A DNA stretch of 64,000 bases from Candidatus Cryptobacteroides sp. (GTDB lineage: Bacteria > Bacteroidota > Bacteroidia > Bacteroidales > UBA932), in contig JAZLGQ010000003.1 in NCBI GenBank assembly GCA_045616385.1, forward strand, positions 1,438-65,437, written 5' to 3'. Under the pieces are notes generated by a model that searched no databases, was not told where the DNA came from, and was given only the letters and a program-made list of their open reading frames with translations. This document shows, in pieces, positions 9,197 to 18,012 of the stretch (its first letter is position 1; every line of letters starts with the position of its first letter). Position numbers and translations under genes: made by a program.

Positions 9197-10159
9197 TCAG
9201 GTGTTTTGCGGTTGCAGGATTTCAAGAACTTCGTCAAGGGTGAGTGCTTCGGCGATGTCGAAGCCTCCATTTTTAGTGCGACGCAGCGAGCTCAGGAAGG
9301 CTCCGCTGCCGAGCGCTTCGCCCAGGTCGCGGGCGAGGGCCCTGATATAGGTACCCTTTGAGCAGTCGACTTTTATCATTGCCGTCGGGAGCGCATATCC
9401 CGAAATATCCGCGACACTGATTCTGTTCTTCTTCTCTTCCCCCGCCTTTGGGAATTCTTTGCTCTCCCGTGATAACCTTCCGCTTCGCTCCATCCCTCCC
9501 ACTGTCTCCTGCGTCCCTTCGGAACTTGTATCCAGCGAGCCCCACCCTCTGACGTGTCCGAGGGTGGACACGGGTTGTTCACGGGAGACAAAGAATTCTC
9601 TATTAGCGGGGGAAGAGAAAGATAGTAATTCCAGCCCGTAGATATTGATGCGGTTGGCCTGAAGGATGTTGTTCTCTTCGGTGAGTTGTCCGGCCTTGTA
9701 AAGCTTGCGTGCGGTTTCGTAGGCGCGCACTCCGTCGACGGACTTGGCGCTGAAAAGCGGAGCCACCTGATCCTGCTCTCCGATGAACTCCGGCAGCAGC
9801 TCGCGTATGGTCCGCTCGGATACTCCGTCCAGGGGGAACTCCCGGTCGATATCCTTCTCGAGGTCGTAGGACGGCGTTGTCGCGCCGAAAGTGACCCCTG
9901 CGATGTACTGCTTTTCAGAACGCTGCAGTTCTTCCGCCCGCTTGGTGGCCGGGCCGAGGCACACAAGAAGAATGCCGGTCGCGAGGGGATCGAGCGTCCC
10001 CGCGTGGCCGACTTTCAGGTTCTTCTTTCCGAAATGGCGGATTGCCGCATACTTCACCTTGCGGATGACATCGGCAGATGTCCATCTGTAAGGCTTGTCA
10101 ATCGGCAGGACTATCCCTTCCGGATAGTCTTCGATATTATTTGACAGGTATCTTGTCAA
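9197..10159 (-). CDS. truB: tRNA pseudouridine(55) synthase TruB carrying a ~63 aa in-frame insertion
   Basis: IDKPYRWTS, KVGHAGTLDPLATG (catalytic Asp), CSKGTYIRALARDLG and LRRT. Start uncertain (TTG 10159 or CTG 10147, inside the rpiB 3' end). Confidence 0.9.
   Translation of the reverse strand: MTRYLSNNIEDYPEGIVLPIDKPYRWTSADVIRKVKYAAIRHFGKKNLKVGHAGTLDPLATGILLVCLGPATKRAEELQRSEKQYIAGVTFGATTPSYDLEKDIDREFPLDGVSERTIRELLPEFIGEQDQVAPLFSAKSVDGVRAYETARKLYKAGQLTEENNILQANRINIYGLELLSFSSPANREFFVSREQPVSTLGHVRGWGSLDTSSEGTQETVGGMERSGRLSRESKEFPKAGEEKKNRISVADISGYALPTAMIKVDCSKGTYIRALARDLGEALGSGAFLSSLRRTKNGGFDIAEALTLDEVLEILQPQNT
9432..9619. mobile_element. Palindromic MITE-like element inserted in frame in truB
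   Basis: Imperfect terminal inverted repeats at 9432-9477 and 9573-9619 (outer 14 bp ttctcttcccccgc perfect; gaattctttg and tctcccgtga blocks also pair), plus internal hairpins. Mobility is inferred, not shown. Confidence 0.65.
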
Positions 10160-10568
10160 TGCGTCTCTGGTGGCGTCCGCCGGCGAACTCGGTTGAGAGC
10201 CATTCGCGAACCATAAGGTTGCACATCTGGTAGCTGGCAAATCTTGCCGGCATCACGAGAACGTTGGCATTGTTATGCTCCTTCACCAGGTGGGCGACGT
10301 CCTTGTTCCAGGCAAGTCCGGCGCGGATTCCCTGATGATGGTTCAGTGCGAGAGCCATTCCGTTGCCGGTACCGCAGATTGCGATGCCGCAATCAACCTC
10401 GCCTTCCTCGACGGCATAAGCCATAGGATGAGCAAAGTCTGCATAGTCACAGCTGTCACTTGTGTCGGTTCCGAAATTCACGACATCATAACCCTTGCCC
10501 AGAAGATAGCTGATCAGCTTTGATTTGTATTCAACGCCAGCGTGATCGCTGCAAATTCCGATTTTCAT
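10137..10568 (-). CDS. rpiB: Ribose-5-phosphate isomerase B
   Basis: SDHAG, CGTGNGM, HNNANVL and FAGGRHQRRIDKI. Confidence 0.95.
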   Translation of the reverse strand: MKIGICSDHAGVEYKSKLISYLLGKGYDVVNFGTDTSDSCDYADFAHPMAYAVEEGEVDCGIAICGTGNGMALALNHHQGIRAGLAWNKDVAHLVKEHNNANVLVMPARFASYQMCNLMVREWLSTEFAGGRHQRRIDKIPVK

Positions 10569-12091
10569 TTTATTGTCTCCTTTGCGTATTTGAAACGGCG
10601 CACGGCTTCGTCGTGGCCGATGAATTTCATAATATCAGCAATTCCGAGGCCGCTGGAAGCACCCGTGAGAGAAAGCCTTATGCAGTTCATAACCTTGCCC
10701 ATAGGCCATTCCTTCGTGCGGATATACTCTTCCATCTCCCCGGCAGAAGCGGTGGCGCTCAAGGCTTCTTCTGCCATTGCGACATTTTCTTCTTTCCAGA
10801 ACTTCGCCGCGTCCTTTTCGGCAAATTCCTTCGGAGCCGTGAAGAGATACCAGCAGATTCCCCAGAAATCATTTACAAAGGTAGCCCTTTCTTTGATAAG
10901 AGCAACAACATCCCTGACCATTTCGAATGAGGCTTCGTTGACACCGTTTTCGGCGAGGACGGGGATGAATGCCATCGCAAGGTCGGTGTCATCCTTCATA
11001 CGGAGGTATTCCTTGTTGTACCATTTCGCCTTGTCAGGATTGAACTTTGCTCCGCTTTTGCTGACTTTGTCGATCGAAAATGCCTCTACAAGCTCGTCGA
11101 GGCTGAAAATTTCCTGCTTGGTGCCCGGGTTCCAGCCGAGCATTGCGAGAAGGTTGACGAATGCCTCCGGGAAATATCCGTCCTCGCGGTAGCCGTGGTA
11201 GGTCTCTCCCTCGGAATTCTGCCAGTTGAGAGGGAATACCGGGAAACCCATCTTGTCGCCGTCACGCTTGCTGAGCTTGCCGTTGCCGACAGGTTTCAGC
11301 AGAAGCGGAAGGTGAGCGAAGCGAGGCATAGTATTGGTCCATCCGAAAGACTGGTAGAGGAGGAAGTGCAGAGGCAGCGACGGCAGCCACTCTTCTCCGC
11401 GGATGACCTCTGTTATTTCCATAAGATGGTCGTCCACGATGTTTGCGAGATGGTATGTCGGCAGTTCGTCGGCGCGTTTCCAGAGCACCTTGTCATCAAG
11501 GGTGGAGGTGTTCACTTCAATGTGGCCGCGGATGAGGTCGTCCATCTTGACGATGGTGTCTTCCTGCATCTTGAAACGTACGGTCCAGTCGGTGCGCTCC
11601 TCAAGAAGCCTTGCGACCTCGTCGGCCGGCAGGGTCAGCGAGTTGCGGAGCGTCTTGCGGGTGGTGTAGTTGTAAATGAATGTTTCCCCCTTGGCTTCTG
11701 CCTCGGCGCGGGCCTTTTCAAGCTCTTCCGAGGTGTCGAAGGCATAGTATGCAAATCCGCCTTCGACCAGCCGGTCGGCGTACTGGCGGTAGATTCCGCG
11801 TCTCTGGCTCTGGCGGTACGGTGCGTGAGGATGCTTTTCGGATGCCGTCTCCACGACCTTCCCGTTTTCATCGACACCTTCGTCGGGCACGATGCCGCAC
11901 CAGCGGAGCGCTTCGATGATGTACTCTTCAGCGTCCGGCACGAAGCGGTGCGAGTCGGTATCTTCTATACGGAGGATGAAGTCTCCACCGTTCTTCTTCG
12001 CGAAGAGATAATTGTATAGTGCGGTGCGGACGCCGCCCATATGAAGCGGTCCGGTAGGGGATGGTGCAAATCTTACTCTTGTGCGTCTCAT
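10565..12091 (-). CDS. gltX: Glutamate--tRNA ligase
   Basis: RVRFAPSPTGPLHMGG (HIGH), LRIEDTD and KLSKRDG (KMSKS). ATG at 12091. Confidence 0.96.
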   Translation of the reverse strand: MRRTRVRFAPSPTGPLHMGGVRTALYNYLFAKKNGGDFILRIEDTDSHRFVPDAEEYIIEALRWCGIVPDEGVDENGKVVETASEKHPHAPYRQSQRRGIYRQYADRLVEGGFAYYAFDTSEELEKARAEAEAKGETFIYNYTTRKTLRNSLTLPADEVARLLEERTDWTVRFKMQEDTIVKMDDLIRGHIEVNTSTLDDKVLWKRADELPTYHLANIVDDHLMEITEVIRGEEWLPSLPLHFLLYQSFGWTNTMPRFAHLPLLLKPVGNGKLSKRDGDKMGFPVFPLNWQNSEGETYHGYREDGYFPEAFVNLLAMLGWNPGTKQEIFSLDELVEAFSIDKVSKSGAKFNPDKAKWYNKEYLRMKDDTDLAMAFIPVLAENGVNEASFEMVRDVVALIKERATFVNDFWGICWYLFTAPKEFAEKDAAKFWKEENVAMAEEALSATASAGEMEEYIRTKEWPMGKVMNCIRLSLTGASSGLGIADIMKFIGHDEAVRRFKYAKETIK

Positions 12092-12092
12092 T

Positions 12093-13328
12093 CTAATGCT
12101 GTCTTCTGATTGCAGGTGTGTTTTCGATGTCCGCACGGTTGTCGCCCTTGTTGACGAGGAGCAGAGGTTTCTTGTCGAGGTCGAAGTTGAATGTACGGAC
12201 GTTGTCCTTGGAGTTGAAGCCTATCTTGCGTATGCCGCCGTCCTCGAGCGAGATGCCCTCGCTTGCCGCGGCCTTCCTGTCGTAGACGAAACTCTTGGTG
12301 ATGTTGATGTAGTTGCCAATCTCCTTGTTCGGGCCCAGGATATCCGAGAAGCGGAGTCCGGTCACGATTGAGGTGATGCGGACGGTATCGCCTATGTTCG
12401 GATCGTCATCCCAGATGAGACCGCGCTTGAAGTTGTTGGCACGGCCGGTGTATTCGTCGATTTTGTTGTTGATCTCGTTGAGGTCATCCATCGTGAGGCC
12501 GTGTTCGTTGTGGCCGCAGGTGATGTTGATGAGCACCTTCTTGGCTGTCTTGAGGTCGAAGTCGTTGAGGAGAGGTGACTCGAAGGCGGCCTTTACGGCA
12601 TCTTCGATGCGGTTTTCGCCGGAGCCGGTACCTGCACCCATCAACGCCATTCCGGAGTTTTTCATCATTGTCTCGACATCCTTGAAGTCGACGTTGATGT
12701 AGCCAGGCTTCTTGATGATTTCGATGATGCCCCTCACCGCGGTGGAGAGTACCTCATCGGCCTGCGGGAAGGCGTCCTGGATGAGCTGGTTGCCGAAATA
12801 CTCGTGGAGTTTCTCGTTGTTGATGAGAAGGAGCGAGTCGACGTTCTTCTCGAGTTCGTGGACGCCGTCGATGGCGCGCGTCAGCGCCTCGTTGCCCTCG
12901 TTCTGGAAAGGAAGTGTCACGACCGCAACCGTGAGGATGCCCTTTTCCTTTGCCATCTTGGCGATGACAGGAGCGGCACCTGTACCGGTACCGCCGCCCA
13001 TACCGGCGGTGATGAAGAGCATTCGCGTGTTGCTGTCGATGACTACCTTTTCGATCTCGTCCTGGCTCTCAAGAGCGGCATTGCGGCCCTTGACAGGGTC
13101 GGTGCCGGCACCGAGACCGGCGCCGAGCTGGATCTTGACCGGGACAGGACTTCCCGTGAGAGCCTGGGAGTCGGTGTTGCAGACTACGAAACTGCATCCT
13201 TTGATGCCCTGGCGGAACATATAGTTGACAGCGTTGCAGCCGCCGCCGCCGACGCCGATGACTTTGATGATCTCGTCGGATATCACCCAATCACTAGGGG
13301 CGATTACTTCTATGGTGTCGTCTATCAT
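12093..13328 (-). CDS. ftsZ: Cell division protein FtsZ
   Basis: IKVIGVGGGGCNAV, GMGGGTGTG tubulin signature and INVDFKDV. Confidence 0.97.
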   Translation of the reverse strand: MIDDTIEVIAPSDWVISDEIIKVIGVGGGGCNAVNYMFRQGIKGCSFVVCNTDSQALTGSPVPVKIQLGAGLGAGTDPVKGRNAALESQDEIEKVVIDSNTRMLFITAGMGGGTGTGAAPVIAKMAKEKGILTVAVVTLPFQNEGNEALTRAIDGVHELEKNVDSLLLINNEKLHEYFGNQLIQDAFPQADEVLSTAVRGIIEIIKKPGYINVDFKDVETMMKNSGMALMGAGTGSGENRIEDAVKAAFESPLLNDFDLKTAKKVLINITCGHNEHGLTMDDLNEINNKIDEYTGRANNFKRGLIWDDDPNIGDTVRITSIVTGLRFSDILGPNKEIGNYINITKSFVYDRKAAASEGISLEDGGIRKIGFNSKDNVRTFNFDLDKKPLLLVNKGDNRADIENTPAIRRQH

Positions 13329-13339
13329 AACGTTTGATT

Positions 13340-14767
13340 TTATCTCTTTTCCATTTCTTCATAAAGATTGCCCAGTGCGCTGCTTTCGAACGCGGTGGTG
13401 AGCTTGTTGGCCAGCTTGCTGCCCCAGGTGATCTTTCCCTTCGGCTTCTTTGACTTCTTGTGGCTGCCTTCGCCTTCGCGGCTTGGCTCGATGACCCCGT
13501 AGTTCTTGTCGAATACGCTGTCCTTGATCTCTTCCTCGATCTCTGCTTCCTCATCCTTGACAATGACAGGACGGTCCTCGATGCAGTTGATATATATGTC
13601 TTCCTTGGCTTTGAGGATAAGGCCTATCGAAGCAGCCGCGCTCGTCTCGCCGACACCCGGGCAGGCTGCAGAGCAGAACTTGCTGATGCGTGGGAAGCCC
13701 ATTCGGACGCAGTATCCGGACATCTCCTTGAACAGGCTGCTGAGGCCGACAAGGTTTGCGCCGCCGCCGGTCAGGACTACACCGTCGCGGAGTTTGTCGG
13801 CATAGCCGCTTTCCTGGATAAGGAAGAGTATCGCCTCGATAATCTCCTGGGCGCGGGCGTTGATGATCTGCGACAGGTAACTGACGGAGAGATGCTCGTA
13901 GCCGCCGCTTTCCTCGTCGTTGATTTGAAGTATCTTGTCGCTCATAGTCTGAAGCTTGTCGGGCTGGCAGGAACCGAAGGCCAGTTTTATGTTCTCTGCA
14001 AGTGCTTCCTTGAAGCCGCATTCGTATTTGATGTCGGTGGTGATGATGTTGCCGCCGAAAGGTATGGCATAATAGTACCGGAGGATGCCGCCGTGGTAGA
14101 TGGTAAGGGAAGTGACACCCGAACCGATCTCGACGAGAGCCACGCCGTTGTCCATCTCTCCGCTGGTCAGGACTGCCTTGGCTACGGCGTCAGGGACGAA
14201 ATACTGGCGTCCGAGGGCAATCTCGGCAAGGGTGGACATCATATTGATATTCTTAATCGCCGATTTTGAACCGACGAAAATCTTGAAGTTGCCTTCGAGG
14301 ATGTCGCTGATGGTTCCGGTGATGTCATCTTCTGTCTGGTTGATGAGGTCCTCGGCAGAGAACGACTGGGCCACGGCACCGTAGATCTCCTCTTTCGAGG
14401 CATCCTGCAGAGGGTAGTCGTCGAGAGCCATATTCTTGAGCGCGACGATTTCCTCGAGTGTGATGCAGGTGTCAGGTTCGCTGCGTTCGAGGCGGGCCGG
14501 TGCGACCTCCTGATGGATTTCGCAGCGGGGCAGGCCTACGACAATCTGCCTGATCTTGATGTTCAGTTCGTTCTCGGCTTCCCTGACGGCCAGCTTGAGG
14601 GAGTCGGATGCCTTCTTCGGGTTGAACACGAGACTGTGCCGGATACCTTCGGAAGGGGTCTCCTTGTAGTAAATGATCTGGATGTCGTCGCCGACAATCT
14701 TGGCGACGCTGATGGCAATCTTGCCTGAGCCCAGGTCCGCTGAGGCTACATATCTTTCGTCCTGCAT
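13340..14767 (-). CDS. ftsA: Cell division protein FtsA
   Basis: DLGSGKI actin-like motif, PFGGNIITTDI and VLTGGGANL; lies between ftsQ and ftsZ. Confidence 0.93.
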   Translation of the reverse strand: MQDERYVASADLGSGKIAISVAKIVGDDIQIIYYKETPSEGIRHSLVFNPKKASDSLKLAVREAENELNIKIRQIVVGLPRCEIHQEVAPARLERSEPDTCITLEEIVALKNMALDDYPLQDASKEEIYGAVAQSFSAEDLINQTEDDITGTISDILEGNFKIFVGSKSAIKNINMMSTLAEIALGRQYFVPDAVAKAVLTSGEMDNGVALVEIGSGVTSLTIYHGGILRYYYAIPFGGNIITTDIKYECGFKEALAENIKLAFGSCQPDKLQTMSDKILQINDEESGGYEHLSVSYLSQIINARAQEIIEAILFLIQESGYADKLRDGVVLTGGGANLVGLSSLFKEMSGYCVRMGFPRISKFCSAACPGVGETSAAASIGLILKAKEDIYINCIEDRPVIVKDEEAEIEEEIKDSVFDKNYGVIEPSREGEGSHKKSKKPKGKITWGSKLANKLTTAFESSALGNLYEEMEKR

Positions 14768-15528
14768 ATGATTTGACCTTTATATTTTAAATTTACTATG
14801 CTGTAGAAGTCTCCCTTGCGGGCATAAATGTATGAATAATATTTGTCGATCCTGTCGAACTTGTCTTCGATGCCATCGAGCTCGCCGATGATGAATTCCT
14901 CTCTTCCGCTGCTCGGGAGCAGTATGATGTCTCCGTTGTCCCTGACCTTGCATCCATTGAAGCGGCCTTTCCATTCAGGGCGGTCATAGGCATAATGTAC
15001 AAGGGCGATGATGCTCTCCATCCAATGCCTTTCCTTTTCGGTGGCGGCCATCCCCTTGTAGGTGCCGTCGGCATCGATTGGAATGGCTCCCTCCACCAGA
15101 GGTACGTCTGCAGTATACCTCGGGTGGAGTGGGAAAATGAATCCACGGTCGTCTGAATAATAGCCGACCTCGCCATTCTGGAAACGTACAACCGGAGCTC
15201 TTTGGGTTATGCTCACGTGCAGGATACCGTCATCGGTCACCCAAGCCTCGCTTTTCTGCACCGCGCTCTGGGATTCCAGGACTCTCTCAATCTTTCCGAG
15301 ATTGACGCTGTCAAGCTGCTGGCCGAGATAAGCCCCATATCCGTTGCTGATGAAACCTCGGACATCCTCTTTCGAAACGAACTCCAGCGAGTCGCGGAAC
15401 GTGATCTCAAGACTGCGGCAGGCCAGGGACACGCGTTCATCCCTGGTCTCCCTTGAAAAAAACCACATCCCGACGCAGAAGCCTGCGGCGAGCACTCCGG
15501 AGATGGAATATCTGAGGATATTGTTCAT
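14746..15528 (-). CDS. ftsQ: Cell division protein FtsQ/DivIB
   Basis: N-terminal TM, POTRA-like region, ITQRAPVVR and C-terminal NLKYKGQIIC; dcw position. Confidence 0.85.
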   Translation of the reverse strand: MNNILRYSISGVLAAGFCVGMWFFSRETRDERVSLACRSLEITFRDSLEFVSKEDVRGFISNGYGAYLGQQLDSVNLGKIERVLESQSAVQKSEAWVTDDGILHVSITQRAPVVRFQNGEVGYYSDDRGFIFPLHPRYTADVPLVEGAIPIDADGTYKGMAATEKERHWMESIIALVHYAYDRPEWKGRFNGCKVRDNGDIILLPSSGREEFIIGELDGIEDKFDRIDKYYSYIYARKGDFYSIVNLKYKGQIICRTKDM

Positions 15529-15529
15529 A

Positions 15530-16891
15530 CTAAATCCTATGTGAGAGCAACTGGGTTATCGGTTCGATATATCTGTCGATGCTGCCAGCCCCAAAGGTGG
15601 CGAGCACGTCGAGCTCTTCCTTTTCAAGATAAGGCATAAGTTCTTCCTTGCGCATCAGGACCTTTTCCGGTGCGGTGACCTTGTCGAAGATTATCTGGGA
15701 CGTTACACCCGGGATAGGCTCTTCCCTGGCCGGATAGATGTCCAGCAGGATGAGTTTGTCGACGCGGCTGAGAGCGGCGGCGAATTCGTCGGCGAAGTCG
15801 CGTGTCCTGGTATAGAGATGCGGCTGGAAGATTCCGGTAATCTTGCGTTCCGGGAATATCCTGCGTATCGACGAGATGGCGCTGGCCAGTTCGGCCGGGT
15901 GGTGGGCATAGTCGTCGATGTAGGTCAGGCGTGGTGAGTTGAGATGTACGTCAAGCCTGCGTTTCGCGCCTTCAAATGTGCCTATGGCGTGGCGGACTTT
16001 CTGCCCGTCTGCACCGTGGCAGAGACAGACGGCCGCCGCCGCGATGCTGTTCTCGACGTTGACCCAGCCGAGTGCGCCCACCTTGATGTCGGTGAGCACT
16101 CCGCCCGGATATACCAGGTCGTAGGTGTAGTATCCCATTGCGTCGAGACGCAGGTTCGTGCTGTGGAAATCGGCCTCGGGGCTGTCGAAATGATATGTGA
16201 ATATCTTTGCCTGCGTGTCGTCGGAAGTGATCGGCAGGCCGAGTTTCAGGATGATGGTCTCGCTGACCTGCGAAGCGTATTTGCGGAAAGCCTCGTGTAC
16301 GTGCTCCAGATCGCCGTAGATGTCGAGATGGTCGGCATCCATTGCGGTGATTGCGGTGATTGCGGGATGGAGCTGGTGGAAAGAACGGTCGAACTCGTCG
16401 GCCTCCACGACAACGGTAGGGGTGTGGCTCATCAGCATATTGGTCCCGTAGTTCTTGGAGATGCCGCCGAGGAATGCCGAACAGCCCTCTCCGCTTTCGG
16501 TTATGATGTGTGCTACAAGAGTTGATGTGGTGGTCTTGCCGTGAGTGCCGGCAACGGCGAGGCAGGTCTGCCCGGAGGTGATCTCGCCGAGCATCTGGGA
16601 GCGCTTGATCACGCGGTAACCCTTTTCGAGAACGAATTGAAGCTCGCCGAGGCTGGCCGGGATTGCAGGCGTATAGACTACCAGCGTACTCTTCACTTTC
16701 TTCGGGATGCGGCTGATATCGTCGTCATAATGGACAGGAATGCCTTCCGCTTCGAGGGCGGCGGTCAATTCCGACGGAGTCTTGTCATATCCTGAGACTT
16801 CGTAGCCCTTGAACTTGAAATATCTGGCTATGGCGCTCATGCCTATGCCGCCGATACCTATGAAATAGATGTTGGAATAAGACTTTTTCAT
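15530..16891 (-). CDS. murC: UDP-N-acetylmuramate--L-alanine ligase
   Basis: YFIGIGGIGMS, GTHGKTTT, EADEFDRSF, DDYAHHP and FQPHLYTRT. Confidence 0.97.
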   Translation of the reverse strand: MKKSYSNIYFIGIGGIGMSAIARYFKFKGYEVSGYDKTPSELTAALEAEGIPVHYDDDISRIPKKVKSTLVVYTPAIPASLGELQFVLEKGYRVIKRSQMLGEITSGQTCLAVAGTHGKTTTSTLVAHIITESGEGCSAFLGGISKNYGTNMLMSHTPTVVVEADEFDRSFHQLHPAITAITAMDADHLDIYGDLEHVHEAFRKYASQVSETIILKLGLPITSDDTQAKIFTYHFDSPEADFHSTNLRLDAMGYYTYDLVYPGGVLTDIKVGALGWVNVENSIAAAAVCLCHGADGQKVRHAIGTFEGAKRRLDVHLNSPRLTYIDDYAHHPAELASAISSIRRIFPERKITGIFQPHLYTRTRDFADEFAAALSRVDKLILLDIYPAREEPIPGVTSQIIFDKVTAPEKVLMRKEELMPYLEKEELDVLATFGAGSIDRYIEPITQLLSHRI

Positions 16892-18012
16892 ACAAGCTTG
16901 TAAACTTCGTCAACTATTGTCTGCGCTGCATCAAGCTTGGCAAGCTTGAGTGCGTTGTTCTCTATTCGGGAGATCCTTTCGGGATCGTGAATGAGCTCCA
17001 TCGCGGTCGGGAGCAGCTTTCTGTCGGCCTCGGCGTCCTTCACTATTACAGCCGCATCCTTGCTCACAAGTGCCATCGCATTGTGCGTCTGGTGGTCTTC
17101 GGCAACGTTTGGTGACGGTACGAAGATGGATGCCTTTCCGGTGGCGCACAGCTCTGAAACCGACGACGCTCCGCTGCGGCTGATCACCACGTCCGCCATC
17201 GCGTAGGCGAGGTCCATCCTTCCGATGAAATCGGTTGCCCGGATATGGGGAAGATTGCGTCCCGCCAGGAATTCGTCAACTCCGGCCTTGTAATACCTGC
17301 CGCACTGCCAGAGCACCTCGACGTCGTCTCCTCCCGGGCATCCTGCCTCAATCCAGGCCTTCATTGCGCGGTTGAGCGTGCCGGCGCCCAGACTCCCGCC
17401 GACGATGAGCAGGTGCTTCTTGTTGTCGTCCATGCCGTAGAACCCGATTCCGCAGAGTCTGTCAGCTTCATTGTACCGGTGCATCTCCGGGCGGATAGGG
17501 TTGCCGCTGAAGACAATCTTCTCCTTAGGGAAGAACTTCTCCATCCCGTCGTATGCAACGCAGATGCTGCCTGCCTTTGACCCGAGCATCTTGTTGGTCA
17601 GGCCGGCAAATCCGTTCTGCTCCTGGATGAGGCTCGGAACCTTCATCGACGTGGCCGCAAAAAGAAGCGGCGCGCTGGCATATCCGCCAACTCCCACGAC
17701 GACATCCGGTTTGAAGCCCTTTATGATTCTTTTCGCCTTCGCGTAGCTGGCGATGACCTTGAAAGGCACCTTGATGTCATTGATTATGTTCTTCAGCGTA
17801 AGCTGCCTCTGCAGGCCCACGATAGGCAGACCGACTATCCTGTAGCCGGCCTGGGGCACCTTTTCCATCTCCATCTTGCCTTCCGCTCCGACGAAGAGGA
17901 TTTCAGTCTCCGGATTCACTTCCATCAGTTTGCCGGCAATGGATACTGCCGGAAAAATGTGGCCGCCGGTGCCGCCACCGCTGATAATGACACGCAATTT
18001 TTTATAGTTCAT
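16888..18012 (-). CDS. murG: Lipid II GlcNAc transferase MurG
   Basis: SGGGTGGHIFP, GGYAS, EQN, GGSLGA and HQTHNA. Confidence 0.97.
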   Translation of the reverse strand: MNYKKLRVIISGGGTGGHIFPAVSIAGKLMEVNPETEILFVGAEGKMEMEKVPQAGYRIVGLPIVGLQRQLTLKNIINDIKVPFKVIASYAKAKRIIKGFKPDVVVGVGGYASAPLLFAATSMKVPSLIQEQNGFAGLTNKMLGSKAGSICVAYDGMEKFFPKEKIVFSGNPIRPEMHRYNEADRLCGIGFYGMDDNKKHLLIVGGSLGAGTLNRAMKAWIEAGCPGGDDVEVLWQCGRYYKAGVDEFLAGRNLPHIRATDFIGRMDLAYAMADVVISRSGASSVSELCATGKASIFVPSPNVAEDHQTHNAMALVSKDAAVIVKDAEADRKLLPTAMELIHDPERISRIENNALKLAKLDAAQTIVDEVYKLV

